DNA of 64,000 nt from Rhina ancylostomus. Taxonomy: Eukaryota. The position numbers and the translations under genes were made by a program. Of this stretch, positions 38,386 through 52,307 are shown piece after piece. A model generated the notes under the pieces. The model ran no database searches, had not been told where the DNA came from, and saw nothing but the letters and a program-made list of their open reading frames with translations. The stretch's first letter is position 1; the number at the start of each line of letters is the position of its first letter. Location of the stretch: assembly GCA_030265395.1 (NCBI GenBank), contig JARFYF010000059.1, positions 18,569,073 to 18,633,072 on the forward strand, in the 5' to 3' direction.

Positions 38386-38719
38386 TGACACCCCTGGTAG
38401 TGTTAGTCAAGTCCGGAGCCTCGAGTATGCCATCTGTGTGCTTCTGGTACAGGTGCAGAGGTTTAACAGAAAAACAAACCCAGAAATGAGGACAATCACA
38501 CAATTCTAATACCATTGAAGTTTACCGTGTAGTAGGCGGCTGTTCAGCCCAGTCACTCTCCCCATAACCCCACATCCCAGACCCCTTCCACTAAACTCAC
38601 CTCATTTTCCCTGAAGTACAATGGTTTTTACTTTGTGTCAAAACAAATAAAGTAACAAGTCTTAACTGCATCTCAGCATCATTAGAATTTACCAGCTCTG
38701 GTATCAGAGGATAGTTATA

Positions 38720-39660
38720 GGGCACAGGATGATTATATTGATCAGTTGGTACAATGGCAGGTGGAATTTAATCCTGACAAGTGTAAAGTGATGTACTTTG
38801 GTAGGACTAATAAGAGTAGGCCACATAAAGGAAAGGTAGGACTCTAGGGAGTAGCAAGGAAAAGTGGGACTTTGATGCACAAGTCCAAGGATCCCTGAAG
38901 GTGCAGCACCAGTAGATAAGGTGGTGAAGGTGGCATATGGGAAACTTGCCTTCCTTAGTTGGGCATAGAACACAAGAGCAGGGATATTATACCATTACTC
39001 CAGTTGTGACTTAACTGATGTTTTGTACTGTGTACAGTTCTGGTCGCTACACTGCAGAAAGCTAGAGAGGATTCACCTGTAAGTTACTTGGGATAAAGGG
39101 TTTCAGTCGTGGTGAGAGGCTGTACAGGCTGTGTACATTTCCCTTGGAATGAAGGAGGCTGAGGGGGAACACAAAACTATGAGGAGCATTGATGGCGTAG
39201 ATAATTGGAAACCTTTCCCTAAAGCAGAAGCTTCTAAAACTAAAGGGCACAGACTTAAGGGCAAGCAGCGAGTGGTTCAGAGAGGATATGAGAAAGAACT
39301 GTTTCAACTAGAGAGTGTGGTTGGAATCTGGAATGCAGAGCCTAAATGTGTGATGGAGGTAGGAACTCTTGTAACACTTCATAAATATCTAGTCAAACAT
39401 TTGAATCACCAAAACATTAAAGGTTAGGGATCAAGTGCTGATAAATGGGATTAGTATGGATAGATGCATGAAGGGCCTGTGCTCTATGACTCACTCTAAA
39501 CTCTGCAAGCAGAGTCTTTGAATATTTTAAGGCCAAGTTAGATAGATTATTCATAAGAGGGTGAAAGGTTACCACAGGTGGGTTGGAATGCAGAGTTAAG
39601 GTTACAATCGGATCAGCCATCAATTTATTAAGTGGAAAGGCATCTTGAGGGGCTGTTACC
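38720..39660 (+). mobile_element. CR1-group LINE 3' fragments
   Basis: TGGCAGGTGGAATTTAATCCTGACAAGTGTAAAGTGATGTACTTTGG (WQxxFNxxKCxVMxFG) and a CR1 tail ending GGGCCTGTGCTCTATGACTC. Confidence 0.7.
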
Positions 39661-41479
39661 AGTTCATATTATCCTAGGGAACATCATTTGTACACTCATT
39701 TTATTATGGATACCTCAATACCTTATCTAATGAAAAAGGGTGAAAGTTGGCCCTTAAAGTAAAACATTTTATTCTTTTAACAGAAACATTTGCTGGAAAC
39801 ACCCGTTCTACTAAATTTTCAAATCTCAGCTGTGTTGCAGAAGCCAAGTTCAGATCTTGCAGTTCCCCACTCAGGAGCTGAAGTGTTGATCGGAATGAAA
39901 TCAGAGGAAATGGTGACCCAAAAATAGATTGGTTTGTAAAGTAAACTGTGTAGCAAGAATGACCTTGTGACAAGTTAAATCACAAGGCAGAATTTCTAAG
40001 CCAATGAGAAACAACTTTGTTCATTTATTGTATTACCATGAACGAAAGATCCAAAGCACTGAGACTCTAAGTTCTCATTCTTATACCATCCAAGCTTCTC
40101 CCGATGCTCTATGCCAGACAGCAGAAGGGGAAGCACAACTGGCCTCAGCACCTGGGTGCCACAGAGAAGTACATTTAAAATAAAGTCAACTGGAGTTATT
40201 GCAGCTGACTAAGATACAGTGACCTTGTTGAAAAGACGTCATGGTGACAACGGAGGAGGGTGGGATTTAAGTTATAAACCACCCAGTCCAATAGTCGATG
40301 TCTGTAAATGAAGACTGGTCAGTTATGAACACCTGAATGTCAGCTGGGTTTACAAATCTGCAGGCAGTAAAGCCTTGATATCTTCAGGAAATAATAAAAA
40401 GGCATTGTACATATTATGAATCTTTCACTAAACTTTTGTTCCCAAATGAAATGGTTTCTGAAATCATTTGTCCCTTCAAGCTCAGTAAAGTTTGCCCATA
40501 TGACTGGGTCTCTCTGATACATTCAGATGGGTAATAGCCAGTCATAGGGCACAGATGTCAGCCATAAGTAACTCTAGTTGTCAACAGGAATGTGGGCTAA
40601 TAAGATGTGCTGAGATTGTTTTTAAAACATTTACACTCAAGGCTTTAAATGAACCTAACAACTCATTGTGGACCCCACTCATTGGGCAACAGCTTTTATC
40701 AATAACATACTTTACTGAAAAAGTAAATAGACAAAATTAAACAGAGCCACATTGTAGATATTAATGTGAGGAAGCAACCTAATACATTAACTCTTTATCC
40801 CCCCCCTCTCTCTCTATGGAGGCTGCCTGACTAGGTGAATATTTATAGCATTTTCTTTTTTATTATGGTGGAAATGAATACAGATAAGTTAGTCAAAGAG
40901 GAAAGTTTGGAGCAGCAAGTTAAAGAGAACTAGAGAGGCAGTGAAGTTTTAGGGAGGAAATGACAAAAAGTGTGAAGCCTTGAGAATTGAAGGTATGGCA
41001 AACAGGAATGCACAAGAGAACAGGAGTTTGTGCAGATTTCAGTGTTGTATGGCCAGGGAGATGAGGCATAGTGGGGTGCAGAGCTGGGGCATGGTTTAAC
41101 TGCCGGTTTGGGGATTACTTCTACTACTTTAGTATATTATCTTTGGTGCTTACAATGTGATCTTCTCCACAACGGTGAAACTAAATGTACATCGGGTGGT
41201 TGTTTTGTGTAACACCCCTGTTCAGTGCACAAAGGTGACCCTGAGCTTCCACTCCTCTCCCGTTAGTCTGAGTGTGACACTTGAGTTTCACGCCATCTGT
41301 CACTTGAATTCTCCATCCTACTCCCATTGTGACCTGTTTTTGGCCTCCTACTCTGTTCCAACAATGCCCAATCACAGCTCATCTTCCATCGGGACACATT
41401 GCAGCCCTCGGATATTTCACTTTCAATTTATTCCTCTGTTTCATTTTTCTTCAAACAGCTGGTACTTCAATTAATAGTT

Positions 41480-43085
41480 AAATCACACAGAACTGGGAGC
41501 AATATGCTAACAAGGATTGAAAAGTTGATTAACAGACTGGAAACAGAATAAATGCGCTTTTCTTGGTGTGGCTGGTGGTGACTTGTTGACTACCACAGGG
41601 AACAATGCCGAGGTCCCAGATAAGGGAAATGAATGCTATATTTCAAAATTTGACAACTTGAAACTGGGTGGGATTGAGAGTTGTGACAAAGCAAAGAGGC
41701 TTCAAGGTGATTTAATGAACGAACAAATACGTGGCCAGTGGAGTATATTGTGTAAAAATGTGAAGTCATGCATTTTGGCAGGAAGAACAAAAAGGTGTTA
41801 GATTGGAAATGTCATCCAAAGGGATCTGGGTGTCTTTGCACACTAGTCATTGACAGCAAACATGCAGGTAGAACAAGGGTTAGGACAGCAAATGGTGTAT
41901 TGGGCTTCATTACAAGAGACCTTGAGTACAGCTACAAGGAAGTGTCACTACAGTTATACAGAGACCACACCTGGAGTATAATGTGGACCTTTTAGGTCTC
42001 CTTTTCTGAGAAAGGATATTTAGTAAAACTCCAATAATCCAGCATACTCAAGGTATTGGATTGAATTTTCCGGACTATTGGATGTTACAGCTTCTCTCCC
42101 ACTGGATGGTCTCCTAGCATGAAGAGATGGACTCTTGACCTCACAATCTACATCATTATGGCCTTGCACCTTATTGTCTGCCTGCACTCTGTAACTGTGA
42201 CACTTTACTCTGCATTCTGTTATTGTTTTCCCTTGCACTACTTCAGTGTACTGATGTAATGAAATGATCTGCATGGATGCCACACAAAACAAAGTTTTTC
42301 ACTGTACCTCAGTACATATGACAATAACAAAACAATTTACCAATTCCTATTAGTACAAAATTATACTTCTAATTCACTTTTTACTGGATGTTACGTGGTA
42401 ATGTAAAATATCCAGTGAACTTAGTAAAGTTAAAGGGAGCACAGGAATCCCAGTGGGTGTTGGGACAGACAGGAGCCCTAGGCCCCAGTGAACGTTAGAG
42501 CATTGCAGGAAGTGTCACCTGTGAGCCAGGTAGTGAACCATTGAAATTTCTGATCAATCGGATAGTGGATTATCANNNNNTGTTTTACTGTATTTCCTGT
42601 AAAGGGAGTGTAATGAAGATTCACCGGACTGCGTTCTGGGATGGCAGGTCTGCAGTACAAGGAGAGATTGGGTCAACTGGGCTGGTAATCACTAGAGTTC
42701 AGAAGAATGAGAGGAGATCTCACTGAAATGTACACAATTCTGATAGAGCCAGACCGACTGAATGCAGAGGGATGTTTCCCTGGCTGTGGGGGTGAGGAGA
42801 GGTGTGGTCCTTAACCAGTTGTTGCAACCTCAGGATATGGGGCAAGACCTTATAGATCAAGATAGAGAAATTTCTTCACTTGGAAAGTGGGGATCGTGTG
42901 GAATAGTCTTCCACAGAAGGCTGTGAAGGCCAGGTCACTCAATATTATTTCGGGAGTAAATTTCTAGACTCCAAATGCTTCAGCGAAAGAGCAGGATAAT
43001 GGTATTGAGATGGAGGATTAACCATGATATTATTGAATGGCTGAGCAGGCACAAAAGGGCTCCTACTCCTATTTCTCCATGTTTC
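41480..43085 (+). mobile_element. CR1-group LINE split by a nested MITE
   Basis: RT-region motifs (ISKF-DNLKLGG; AAATGTGAAGTCATGCATTTTGG; CACACCTGGAGTATA). The CR1 sequence breaks after GAAAGGATA at 42020 and resumes at 42593 (AGGGAGTG...GATTCACCGGACTG). Confidence 0.7.
42021..42590. mobile_element. Tigger/pogo-like MITE (same family as 28322-28658) containing a Rex1/Babar tail at about 42095-42345
   Basis: Ends (T)AGTAAAACTCCAATAATCC ... GGATTATC(N5)TGTTTTACTG-TA. Shares AATTCACTTTTT and AAAGGGAGCACAGGAA with the first copy. Confidence 0.65.
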
Positions 43086-44229
43086 TAATAGCTACTCTGA
43101 TAACATCGGCCTGCACTCCATCACAAACATTCACTGTTTTCCTCTTCATCCCCTCTTCTTCCTGCAACATAAAACTCACTTTTTCATCACTGGCAAAGGG
43201 TCATTGATCTGAAATACTGGCTCTGTTTCTCTCCACAGACGTTACCCTACCTGCCAAATGCTTCTGGCATTTTCAGTTTTGGTTGCAGATTTCCAGCATC
43301 TGCAGTCTTTTTGCTATAAGCAAATACACTGCCGTGAGTGAGGGGTCCTGGCAACCAGGATGCTGGTCCATTCTGAATAACTCGACTTTAGGCTGTAACT
43401 GGGATGATAGAATTGATCTGAATATTAAAACTTGGGAATGGAAAAGGGTGCATTTGGGGGTTGTAAGGAGTTCTGTCTCAAATATAACAGAGGATATATT
43501 GCGGTTCACGTGGGAAGCCCTCAAGTAATCTGCTGCCACTCACCCATATGAACAATCAAATTACATTCATATCCTCAAGCACTTATGTCAATGACATTTA
43601 AGTAGAGTCACAATTACAATGATGTACTAGAGAGCAAGATAATTCCAGCTGACATAAGACAACACTTACAGGTTTGAAGGAAAAAAACAATTTCATCCAT
43701 GTAACATGCTAAACTGAGTTGGTGAGAGCAATGGCTCAAGTAATGGCTCCAACCTTGAGTCCTTATCACATTCCTACCTGTTACAAATGTCACAGTAAAA
43801 CTGTGAACTAACTAATATGAAATTGTAATGGAAAATGATGTTTCTTTAAGGAGCCAGCCCAACAAGAACATCAACAATGAAACAGTGAAAATTGAAAACA
43901 ATATTAGTTTTTCCATTGGATTTTCATCATTTCACTGCTGGCAGCCATGCCTTCAGTTCTCTATACCCCAAGAATTGGAATTATCTCCCTTGATTACTTT
44001 CTCTCTTAAGTCACCTGTCTTAATATTTTCCTGTGGCTTGGTGTCAGATGTTGTCTCACTGGCTTGCAAAACACATTAAAAGGTGCTATTAAATGCAGGT
44101 TGGTGTTAATCGATTGTGTTTTATTTCTATGAAACTACGTTTAGAACCAATTTCCAAAAGTGTCAAGATATCTGCACAGATCCAATTCCGAAGTTGCTTC
44201 ATGCTCCACATCAGCAGAAAAGGTCCAAT

Positions 44230-44480
44230 TACGGCTACATTCAAACTCCTGTTGCTGGGCTGCGCCAAACCAATGACCCCGGTGTAGTACCGCATGCCGT
44301 CCGCTTGGCGACGCCACAAGGGCGAGTACAGCCCCATCTATTGGCAGATGACGAGCATTACACCCATATCTGCATTGCCGCGCCACCTAACGGCAGGTCT
44401 CGGGTCCTACAACAATCGCAGCAACATATCGAATAAAGGAATTCACGAATGAGGAGTAGGCGTAGGCCAATCGGCCTCTG
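44230..44480. promoter_or_regulatory. Small CpG-rich element carrying three CTCF-like motifs
   Basis: An isolated CpG cluster in AT-rich DNA. Motifs at 44283-44314(+), 44331-44362(-) and 44380-44411(-). Confidence 0.6.
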
Positions 44481-47124
44481 GGATCTATCTGCCATTCAAT
44501 AAATTCACGGCTGATCTGATTATAAACTCAAGTTCGCACTCCAGTCCATTCAGTAACCTTTTTTCTAAATTAAATTGGTAAAGTTGTTTAATTTTGTCAC
44601 ATGTACCAAGGTACAGTGAAGCATGCCTTCCATACACATTTCATAACAGTACATTGAGGTAGTATAAGGGAAAAGCAATAACAGAATGCAGAATTCAATG
44701 CATGCAAGATGGTGCTGGAGCATGGCTACTCATTGCAAATTGCTCTCTGAAGATCTTCTCATTACCTTCCTCTCCCTTCCTCATCAAGAATCCACCCATC
44801 TCTGCCTTAAAAATATTCAAAGACTTCCAACAGCCCCCTCCCAACCCCCCGGAAGTTCCAAAGATTCAGGACCATAAGAAAAAAAAATTGTGCCATAGTC
44901 TTAAATGCTCAACCCCTTGTTTTTGAAAGTTCTAGATTCTCAAGCGGAAGCACCCTCTCTGCATCCACCCCGTCAAGAACCCCCAGGACTACATACTTAA
45001 ATCAAATTGTCTATCACCTTCTAAACTCCAGCCAATACAAGCCTAGCCTTTCCAGGCTTTCATGAGGCAACAGGAAATTTTCTGTTAAGAAGTGAACTTA
45101 TTGTTGTTACTTTGTAATTTGTGACTAAACCCAAGAGGAACATTATTTAATCCATTCTGTGCAGCCATCCAGAAAGACCTTCCCTCAGTCTCACAACTTG
45201 CTATATTTGGAATCTTGTGTGAAAACTGATTGCTTACAACAGTGAGCTCATTGCCTTAAGGCACTGGTGGTGGGGGGTTAATAGAAAGTTAGGGAAATTA
45301 TAAATAGAAGTTCTTTTATCAATAATCCCAATGCCTTCACTACATGTGTTATACCCAAATGTCCATTCCAAATACGGATTGTTTTATGATAGAACAACAT
45401 CAGCTTGCCTTTCACCAGTTTGTCCTCTTGCACTTCCATAATGTTCCACCTTTTCCGCAGCAGATTTCAAATCAGTGAGGTGAACTTCCCTTTTAAATCA
45501 AGTCCTTTTTGAGGCTCTGGCTGAAGTACCAAGATTCTACAACAACCACAGAACTGCCCTTCGAAGGCAAGATCCAGCCAGAGGCATATTATTCAGGAGG
45601 AGAAACAGAATTAGACAGAACAAGGAAACTGCACAAATTGATCCAGGGTAACTCTGAGCCGTTCCCTGGCCTCCAGCTTCCCAACTCCAAACTAAGTTAG
45701 TGTAGGACAAAAATGAATAATACTACAGTTTAGCTCCTTTATTCTTCAATGCAAGTGGCAAACTTTGGTCTAACAGACTGCAGATAACTGAGGCACACAG
45801 CACAGAAAAAAGCATCCAGAGATTGAACACAACCTGACATCTCTGAAACAGGCACAAGGTCTGCCTTTTCCTATTGTGTTCTCTACCCGCCAACGACAAC
45901 ACCCACAACATTCCAGAATTTTATTAATATTCACTCTAAGTTTGCAAGTTTTGAAAGCAAGCTATTTACTGCTTGACCCTATGCAAGACTTGATAGGATT
46001 GGAAATTGCCACTTGAGATCCAACCATGTTTTTGCATTGAGTGTATGTTGGAGTCTCACATAGGCCAGGGAAAAGACCCATCAGATGAGATTGTGCATCA
46101 ATCTGATACCTTCATGGGACTTTTATCAATACCACAGTTTTATTTCTAGATTTTTAAAACACCATATTCAAGTTTTCATACAGCCATGATGGGATCTGAA
46201 TTACTAGTTCAGGACTTTGGATTACTAATCCAATGACAATACTTTTCTACCAAACTGTTGCAATTCATATGTCAAATGTTACACTATACATATAACAGAA
46301 AGCACAAGAATTAAAGCCCCCATTCCCACTCCATGTTCTTTCAAACAACTGGTTATGATACATCGATACAGTGAAGTTGTACAAGAGTAAGGAGCAAAAA
46401 TAACAGGAAAGGTTCCAAACCTAAGAATACTCTGATGCTATGCAGCTCAGACTGAAGGGACATTTAATGCGAGTTCTTTTTTTTGTCGTTGTTACAAGTC
46501 CTCTCAACATTTTCTGTTTTTGTAACAAGACCAACGTCAGCACAGTCCAGTGGGTAGCACTTTCACTACAGCCATCACTACACCCTAGCTCTGGGACCAG
46601 TACAAACATGGTGTTATTCATCAATTCAGTTTATTCTTGCTGTGCATGGTAAAAGTCCCTTGGGTGTGGCAAGAGACCTTGACTAGTGTCACCCCTCAAT
46701 TACCTTTGCAACAAATTAGCTGTTGATGGAAAATATTAGCACAAAACTCATAACTGCACAAGTCAACGGACCATCCATCAGGGGTCCAATCATACCGATT
46801 AGAAATATACTGCCAGTCCTTCATCATTGAAGTGTCTAAATCCTTTAACTCCCTACCCACTGTGGGAGTACCTTCACCAGAAGGACTGCAGTAGTTCAAA
46901 GTGATGGCTCACCACCACTCAAGGACAATTAGGGATGGGCAATAAATGCTTACCAGATTCACCCAGATCCCAAAAATGAATTTAAGAGATGTACAATGCA
47001 CAGAACATTTTATCAGGGTGAAATTACGTTTAAGGTTCTACACTAATTTATTCATCTAAGGCCAAATGCAAACTCTGATTCAGACCAATCAGCAACAGAA
47101 GTGGACCTGGACACATACTGAATA

Positions 47125-47452
47125 TTGAAAGGGTTGAACAGAGTGGACATGGAGAGGATGTTTCCAGTAGTGGGAGAGAGTNNNNNNNNNNNNNNNNNNN
47201 NNNNNNNNNNNNNNNNNNNNNNNNNNNNNNNNNNNNNNNNNNNNNNNNNNNNNNNNNNNNNNNNNNNNNNNNNNNNNNNNNNNNNNNNNNNNNNNNNGTG
47301 GAGGTTGATAGGTTCTTGATTAGTAAGGGTGTCAAAGTTTATGGGGAGAAGGCAGGAGAATGGGGTTGAGAGGGAAAAATAAATCAGCAGTGATTGAATG
47401 GCAGAGCAGACTCGGTGGCCTGAATGGCCTAATTCTACTCTTATGTCTTATA
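47125..47452 (+). mobile_element. CR1-group LINE 3' tail (partly N)
   Basis: AGAGTGGACATGGAGAGGATGTTTCCAGTAGTGGGAGAG...GAATGGCAGAGCAGACTCG...GAATGGCCTAATTCT. Confidence 0.75.
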
Positions 47453-48204
47453 AATCTGGCTTCAACTCACTGCAGGTAAAGGTGCTTATTACACAGGAGA
47501 ATGGGTGTCCATCGTCTCAAGAATCTGGGCATAGATATGATCACCACTTCAATGGGTTAGAGCCACTCAAGCTCACAAATGTAATTGGAGTTCGTGGACT
47601 GCTGATTGCTTTAGGCAATTGAACTTTGGAAATAGTATAAAGGTCCTGGATACTCCGCTGTAAATTGTTTATATTCTAATGGATGCTTAAAATTCTGCTA
47701 TCTTTTGCACAAATTTCTTTCTGCTCAGATTCTGCTGTTATCTCATGCAATACCTTGATCCGGAAGTACTGTTGCTGCAGTTGCACTGGGCTGTAACTCC
47801 ACAGTTGGAAGATGGCAGTCTTTGATAAGGATACTGTGACTTCGTTTACACAAATTGGCATCTTTTATTGATTCTGAATTGAAATGACATAACAGTTATG
47901 AACCCTTAATCAAACCCTTCAAATCATAAAATAATGATGATGATCTCCCCATGTTATCCAGATAGCCATCAACTACAAACTTTCAAAAGTTTTGAATCAG
48001 AGCACTAAACCCACCCCTCCGAGATTTAACAGCCCAGTGTTAGGAATTGGTCTGCAATCCAGAGAATACACTGTGCCACACATAAATAAATTTCTTCAGT
48101 GCAAGCTACAAAGCCTTCTCCCTACATCTCCACAATTCTGTCCTTTTCACTCTGACTTTTTCTTCACTTGTTGCAATTGTGCCTATCCTACATACTCTTC
48201 CCTC

Positions 48205-48330
48205 CTCCCTACACCTGTCTACATCAATGGTACTGAGGTTGAAAGGGTTGACAGCTTCAAGTTCCTGGGAGTGAACATCACCAACAACTTGTCCTGAACA
48301 AATCATGCTGATGCCACAGCCAAGAAAGNN
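48205..48330 (+). mobile_element. Rex1/Babar-like LINE RT fragment
   Basis: Translates as PVYINGTEVERVDSFKFLGVNITNNLS and runs into an N gap. Confidence 0.7.
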
Positions 48331-50729
48331 NNNNNNNNNNNNNNNNNNNNNNNNNNNNNNNNNNNNNNNNNNNNNNNNNNNNNNNNNNNNNNNNNNNNNN
48401 NNNNNNNNNNNNNNNNNNNNNNNNNNNNCAAGCAAGTAGGAGCCAGGTGATCATGCCAGAGATCTTGTGAGTGCAGGACAGGGGCGGAGTTTACCATCTG
48501 TGAGGCACTTCAAAGCATAAATATTTGATAAATGTGAAATTGCCCGAAAAGGAGGCAGTTGTGGTTCTTCAAGCGCATTCATTGCCATTTGCTCAGCTTC
48601 GGGCAGACTGTCTTTTGAGATTTCTGTTTCCTTTATTGGCTGCAGTAGAGAGAGACAGAATTACAGTATTACACAACACAGAAGGCAGCCATTAAAACAT
48701 CATGCTGTGTCATCTGTTTAAAATTTCTCTCCTATTTATTCCTTTATCCTTAACCCTGCAAAATAGACCTCTTCTGGTACATGTTCAGTTCTTTTGTGCA
48801 TTACACTCTGCCTATATTGAAGGGACTTTATTGGAGAAAGCCATCAAAACTCAGACCATGAATAAAGATCACTTCTTGAAGATTTGATTGAATGATCTTT
48901 GACAATGACTTAATTTACCCTTGTTTCATGGGGCTGTGGTCTGGTGCCAGGAGAAAACTCAGGCATGAAACTCTAAAACGAATCAGGTGATTTGTTTAAT
49001 TTTCCATAGAATAAGATTTTCAACACATCGAAAAGATATGAAAGATTGCAATTTCTCTTGCACACCATGGGGAATTTGGAATTCCATTTGAGGGTAAAGG
49101 TAGGTGTGCAGTGTGTGTAGGCATTTATCTAAATTTATTCCTTTTCTAATTTAAGTAGGATACTCTTATGATTCATGTGATTTCAGAGGAGTGCTAAAAA
49201 CAAATGTGGCGCTGACAATTTTTGCACCTGGTGTTCATTGTCAGAAGAACATGTACTTGTCCAGTGATTTTGAATGTAACTTGCATGTGTTTACCTTAAC
49301 AATTTGCATTTCTGTAGTACTTCCCACATACAAAATGATGTCTTGAGTGTAAGCATTTCCATATGCTCAATACTGAAAGGAGGAAAGTTGCCACTTGGTG
49401 GGAAAGCTATAATTGTTTTGAAAATAAAATATATAAGGCTGGGAACTTTACAATCATAAATTTGAGATTCTGTTGGCCCGAGGCATTTTGCTGATACCTA
49501 CCCGGATCGGTTAATGATTGGAAGAGGGTTCATTTCAAACTGTCTACTGCAGAATATTTGGTGAAATGTAGAATGAAGCATTTTACACTTGCAGCAAACT
49601 AAATGCTTAAAGGAAAATTACTTCCACATAATTTTATGAAATAAGTTTTCCACCACTAGCTGGTGCTAAAGCTATAGCAAAGTAGTGAAGAAAGAACCCA
49701 ATTTTTTTGGAACAATATATTTGAGAAAAACTTTAATTATAATCCTTTCAAGCGGCTTGAGACCTTTTACTACATTTAATGGCACTATTTAAGTTCAAGT
49801 TGTTGTTTTGCACCACAACAGCAAACAGCTTTTACTTGTTTCTCAGTCAGTGTTGAGGTAGATGTTTACATATAATTCTGCAGTTTGACTTCTTGAGTCA
49901 CAAGATACCACAGTGGCAGTTTCAGCTGCAATGAACTGGACAGAAGAATTATGTAGTATGTGTAATTATCACTGCATGGTATACCGGGAGGGAAAGGTTC
50001 ATTTTAAAAGAATAATTAGTGATCAGAAAAATGTATAGGGGAAAGAGCAGGTGAATGTGACTAATTGGATAACTCTTTCAAAGGGCAGGTACAAGCACAA
50101 TGGCCACCCCTGGTGTAAATTTCTCTAATTCTATACTTCACTACATTACTCTGTGATTCTATTAGTGTGATTATTACTTTTAACCAAGCCTTTTTTTTAA
50201 ATAGAATTTGCTCCTCTATTTGTATTTTAAGTCTCAACCCTTTAATGTTAGAACAATGCTGATTTTTTTTTTCCCTTGTTGATGTGATGTGAATGCTGCT
50301 GGCATTGCTGGTGTTTATTGTTTGTCTAATTGCCCGAGGCAAGGATGGAATTGAAAGTCAACCACACTGTGAGTCTGTGGTCATTTACAGGCAAGAATGG
50401 GTAAGAAAAGCAGATTTCTTTTCCCGAAGGGCATTAGGGATCCTGTGGGTTTTTACAATAATCTATTAGTTTAGTGCTTACAATAATTGAGACTGGCAGT
50501 TTTTCTTTAAGTTCCGGGTTTACTTAATTCCTTGAATTCAAACTGACCCGCTGACACATTGGGATTCCACTTGGAGTCTCTGGATCAATGATCCAGACCC
50601 TGGCTGTGCATCCAGTAACTTAATGGTTATCCTACCATTGTACCACAACAAGGGCAATGTGATCTCAGGTCAACATCCTCAGCTAGTCAATTCCATTGAG
50701 TAGGCCATGTCATTCACATGATTAACACC

Positions 50730-51130
50730 AAGCTCCCCAGACAGTTAATCTATTTCACCTTTGAAAAAGTGAGAGATTACGAGGCAAACAGCAGAAATCA
50801 TTCAAGGATGTGCTCAAACTTCTTTGAAAAAAAATACAACTTCTCCATTGCCGCCTCAGAATCTTTGGCTCGTGACCCCTCAATGAGGAGAGTGAATATT
50901 CAGGATGGCATTCAGAACTTGAGTTCATGTGTTGGGAGCACACAGAATCCGACATAAACAGCAGAAGGAGCCTACCACCTCACACACTATCTGTTCAACT
51001 GCACCTTCAGGCATCTCCTGTCCTGACTGTGGAAAACTCTGCAGTACCCACAGAATCCACTTCAGAATCCACAAAACTGGAGTGAAAGCAAGCCATCCTC
51101 GAACCCATGGGACTGTGTAAGAAGATGAAT
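50730..51130 (+). mobile_element. RTE-clade LINE 3' end remnant
   Basis: Fragments KSFKDVLK, ESLARDPSMRR and a terminal knuckle CPDCGKLCSTHRIHFRIH, typical of RTE ORF C-termini. Confidence 0.55.
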
Positions 51131-51749
51131 AACCATTGAACAAAGTTGTAGACTCTGTGCTGGACCTCTCCTGATGCTCAGTATAAAAATCAGCTTGATA
51201 AAATCTGGCCTTTGCAAAATATATGAACTTGGCTTCTACAAAAATGAATCGATTAAGTTGGTTATTGCAAATACACCTCCTCCAATTGCATCTGTTTTAC
51301 TTCTCACCATTACCTTGTTTTTCTTTACCCCATCAATGTCTTTGTCAGCAAATTAAGAACTTCTCATTCTGTTCTTTCCCTGTATCCTTTTCACTGCGCT
51401 GCAGTAACTTAAATGTCTTCACCTTTAACAGAAAGATCATTAACCAAAAGCATTAATTTTGATTCCCTCCTGAATTACTTACTAAAACAGTAAATACTGG
51501 ATTAACTTTAGGCTTAAAAATCTGTATGTACACAAATAGCGGGGAGAAATTTTCATCTTTGAATGAATTGGCAGTTTTATTGTGAGATCAGGTGGAATGA
51601 TCCTGTTCTGGGTTCCAGATTCAGGTAAGGATACATTGCACAAATATTGTATAGTTGGTTTAAAGTGGCCACAAGTAGCCCAAGGGCTAAAGACTTTTTC
51701 TCATATAGGTGCAGCATTTATTGCTGATCCCTGATTACCCTTGAGCTTG

Positions 51750-52307
51750 CACCATAGGAAGCATCCTATCTGGATGTATCACAGCTTGGTACGGCAACTG
51801 CTCTGCCCAGGACCGCAAGAAACCGCAGAGAGTTGTGGACACAGCCCAGCGCATCATGGACACCAGCCTCCCCTCCTTGGACTCTGTCTTTACCTCTCGC
51901 TGTTTTGGTGTAGCAGCCAGCATAATCGAAGACCCCACCCCCCCAGGACATTCTCTCTTCTCTCCTCTTCCATCAGGAAGAAGATACAGGAGCCAGAGGG
52001 CACATACCACCAGACTCAAGGACAGCTTCTACCCCACTATGATAAGACTGTTGAACGGTTCCCCTATACAATGAGATGGCTTATGACCTCATGATCTACC
52101 TTGTTTTGACCTTGCACCTTATTGCATTGCACTCTGTAGCTGGGACACTTTACTCTATACTGTTATTGTTTTATTACCTGTATTACATCACTGCACTCTG
52201 TACTAACTCATTGTAACTGCACTGTGTAATGAATTGACCTGTACGATCGGTTTGTAAGACAAGTTTTTCACTGTACCTCTGTATAAGTGACAATAATAAA
52301 CCAATAC
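51750..52307 (+). mobile_element. Rex1/Babar-like LINE, 5'-truncated and relatively young
   Basis: Open frame SILSGCITAWYGNCSAQDRK...HSLFSPLPSGRRYRS...TTRLKDSFYPTMIRLLNG, then a 3' UTR ending CAATAATAAACCAATAC. Confidence 0.8.

Noticed and set aside
44116-44436. ORFs over the 44.3 kb CpG patch
   Set aside because: No domain and no proper start or splice context. The patch is better explained as a regulatory element.
50929-51120. CxxC...H zinc-finger-like peptide suggesting an extra ZF gene exon
   Set aside because: The context is a decayed RTE LINE C-terminus, with no TGEKP linker or flanking splice sites.
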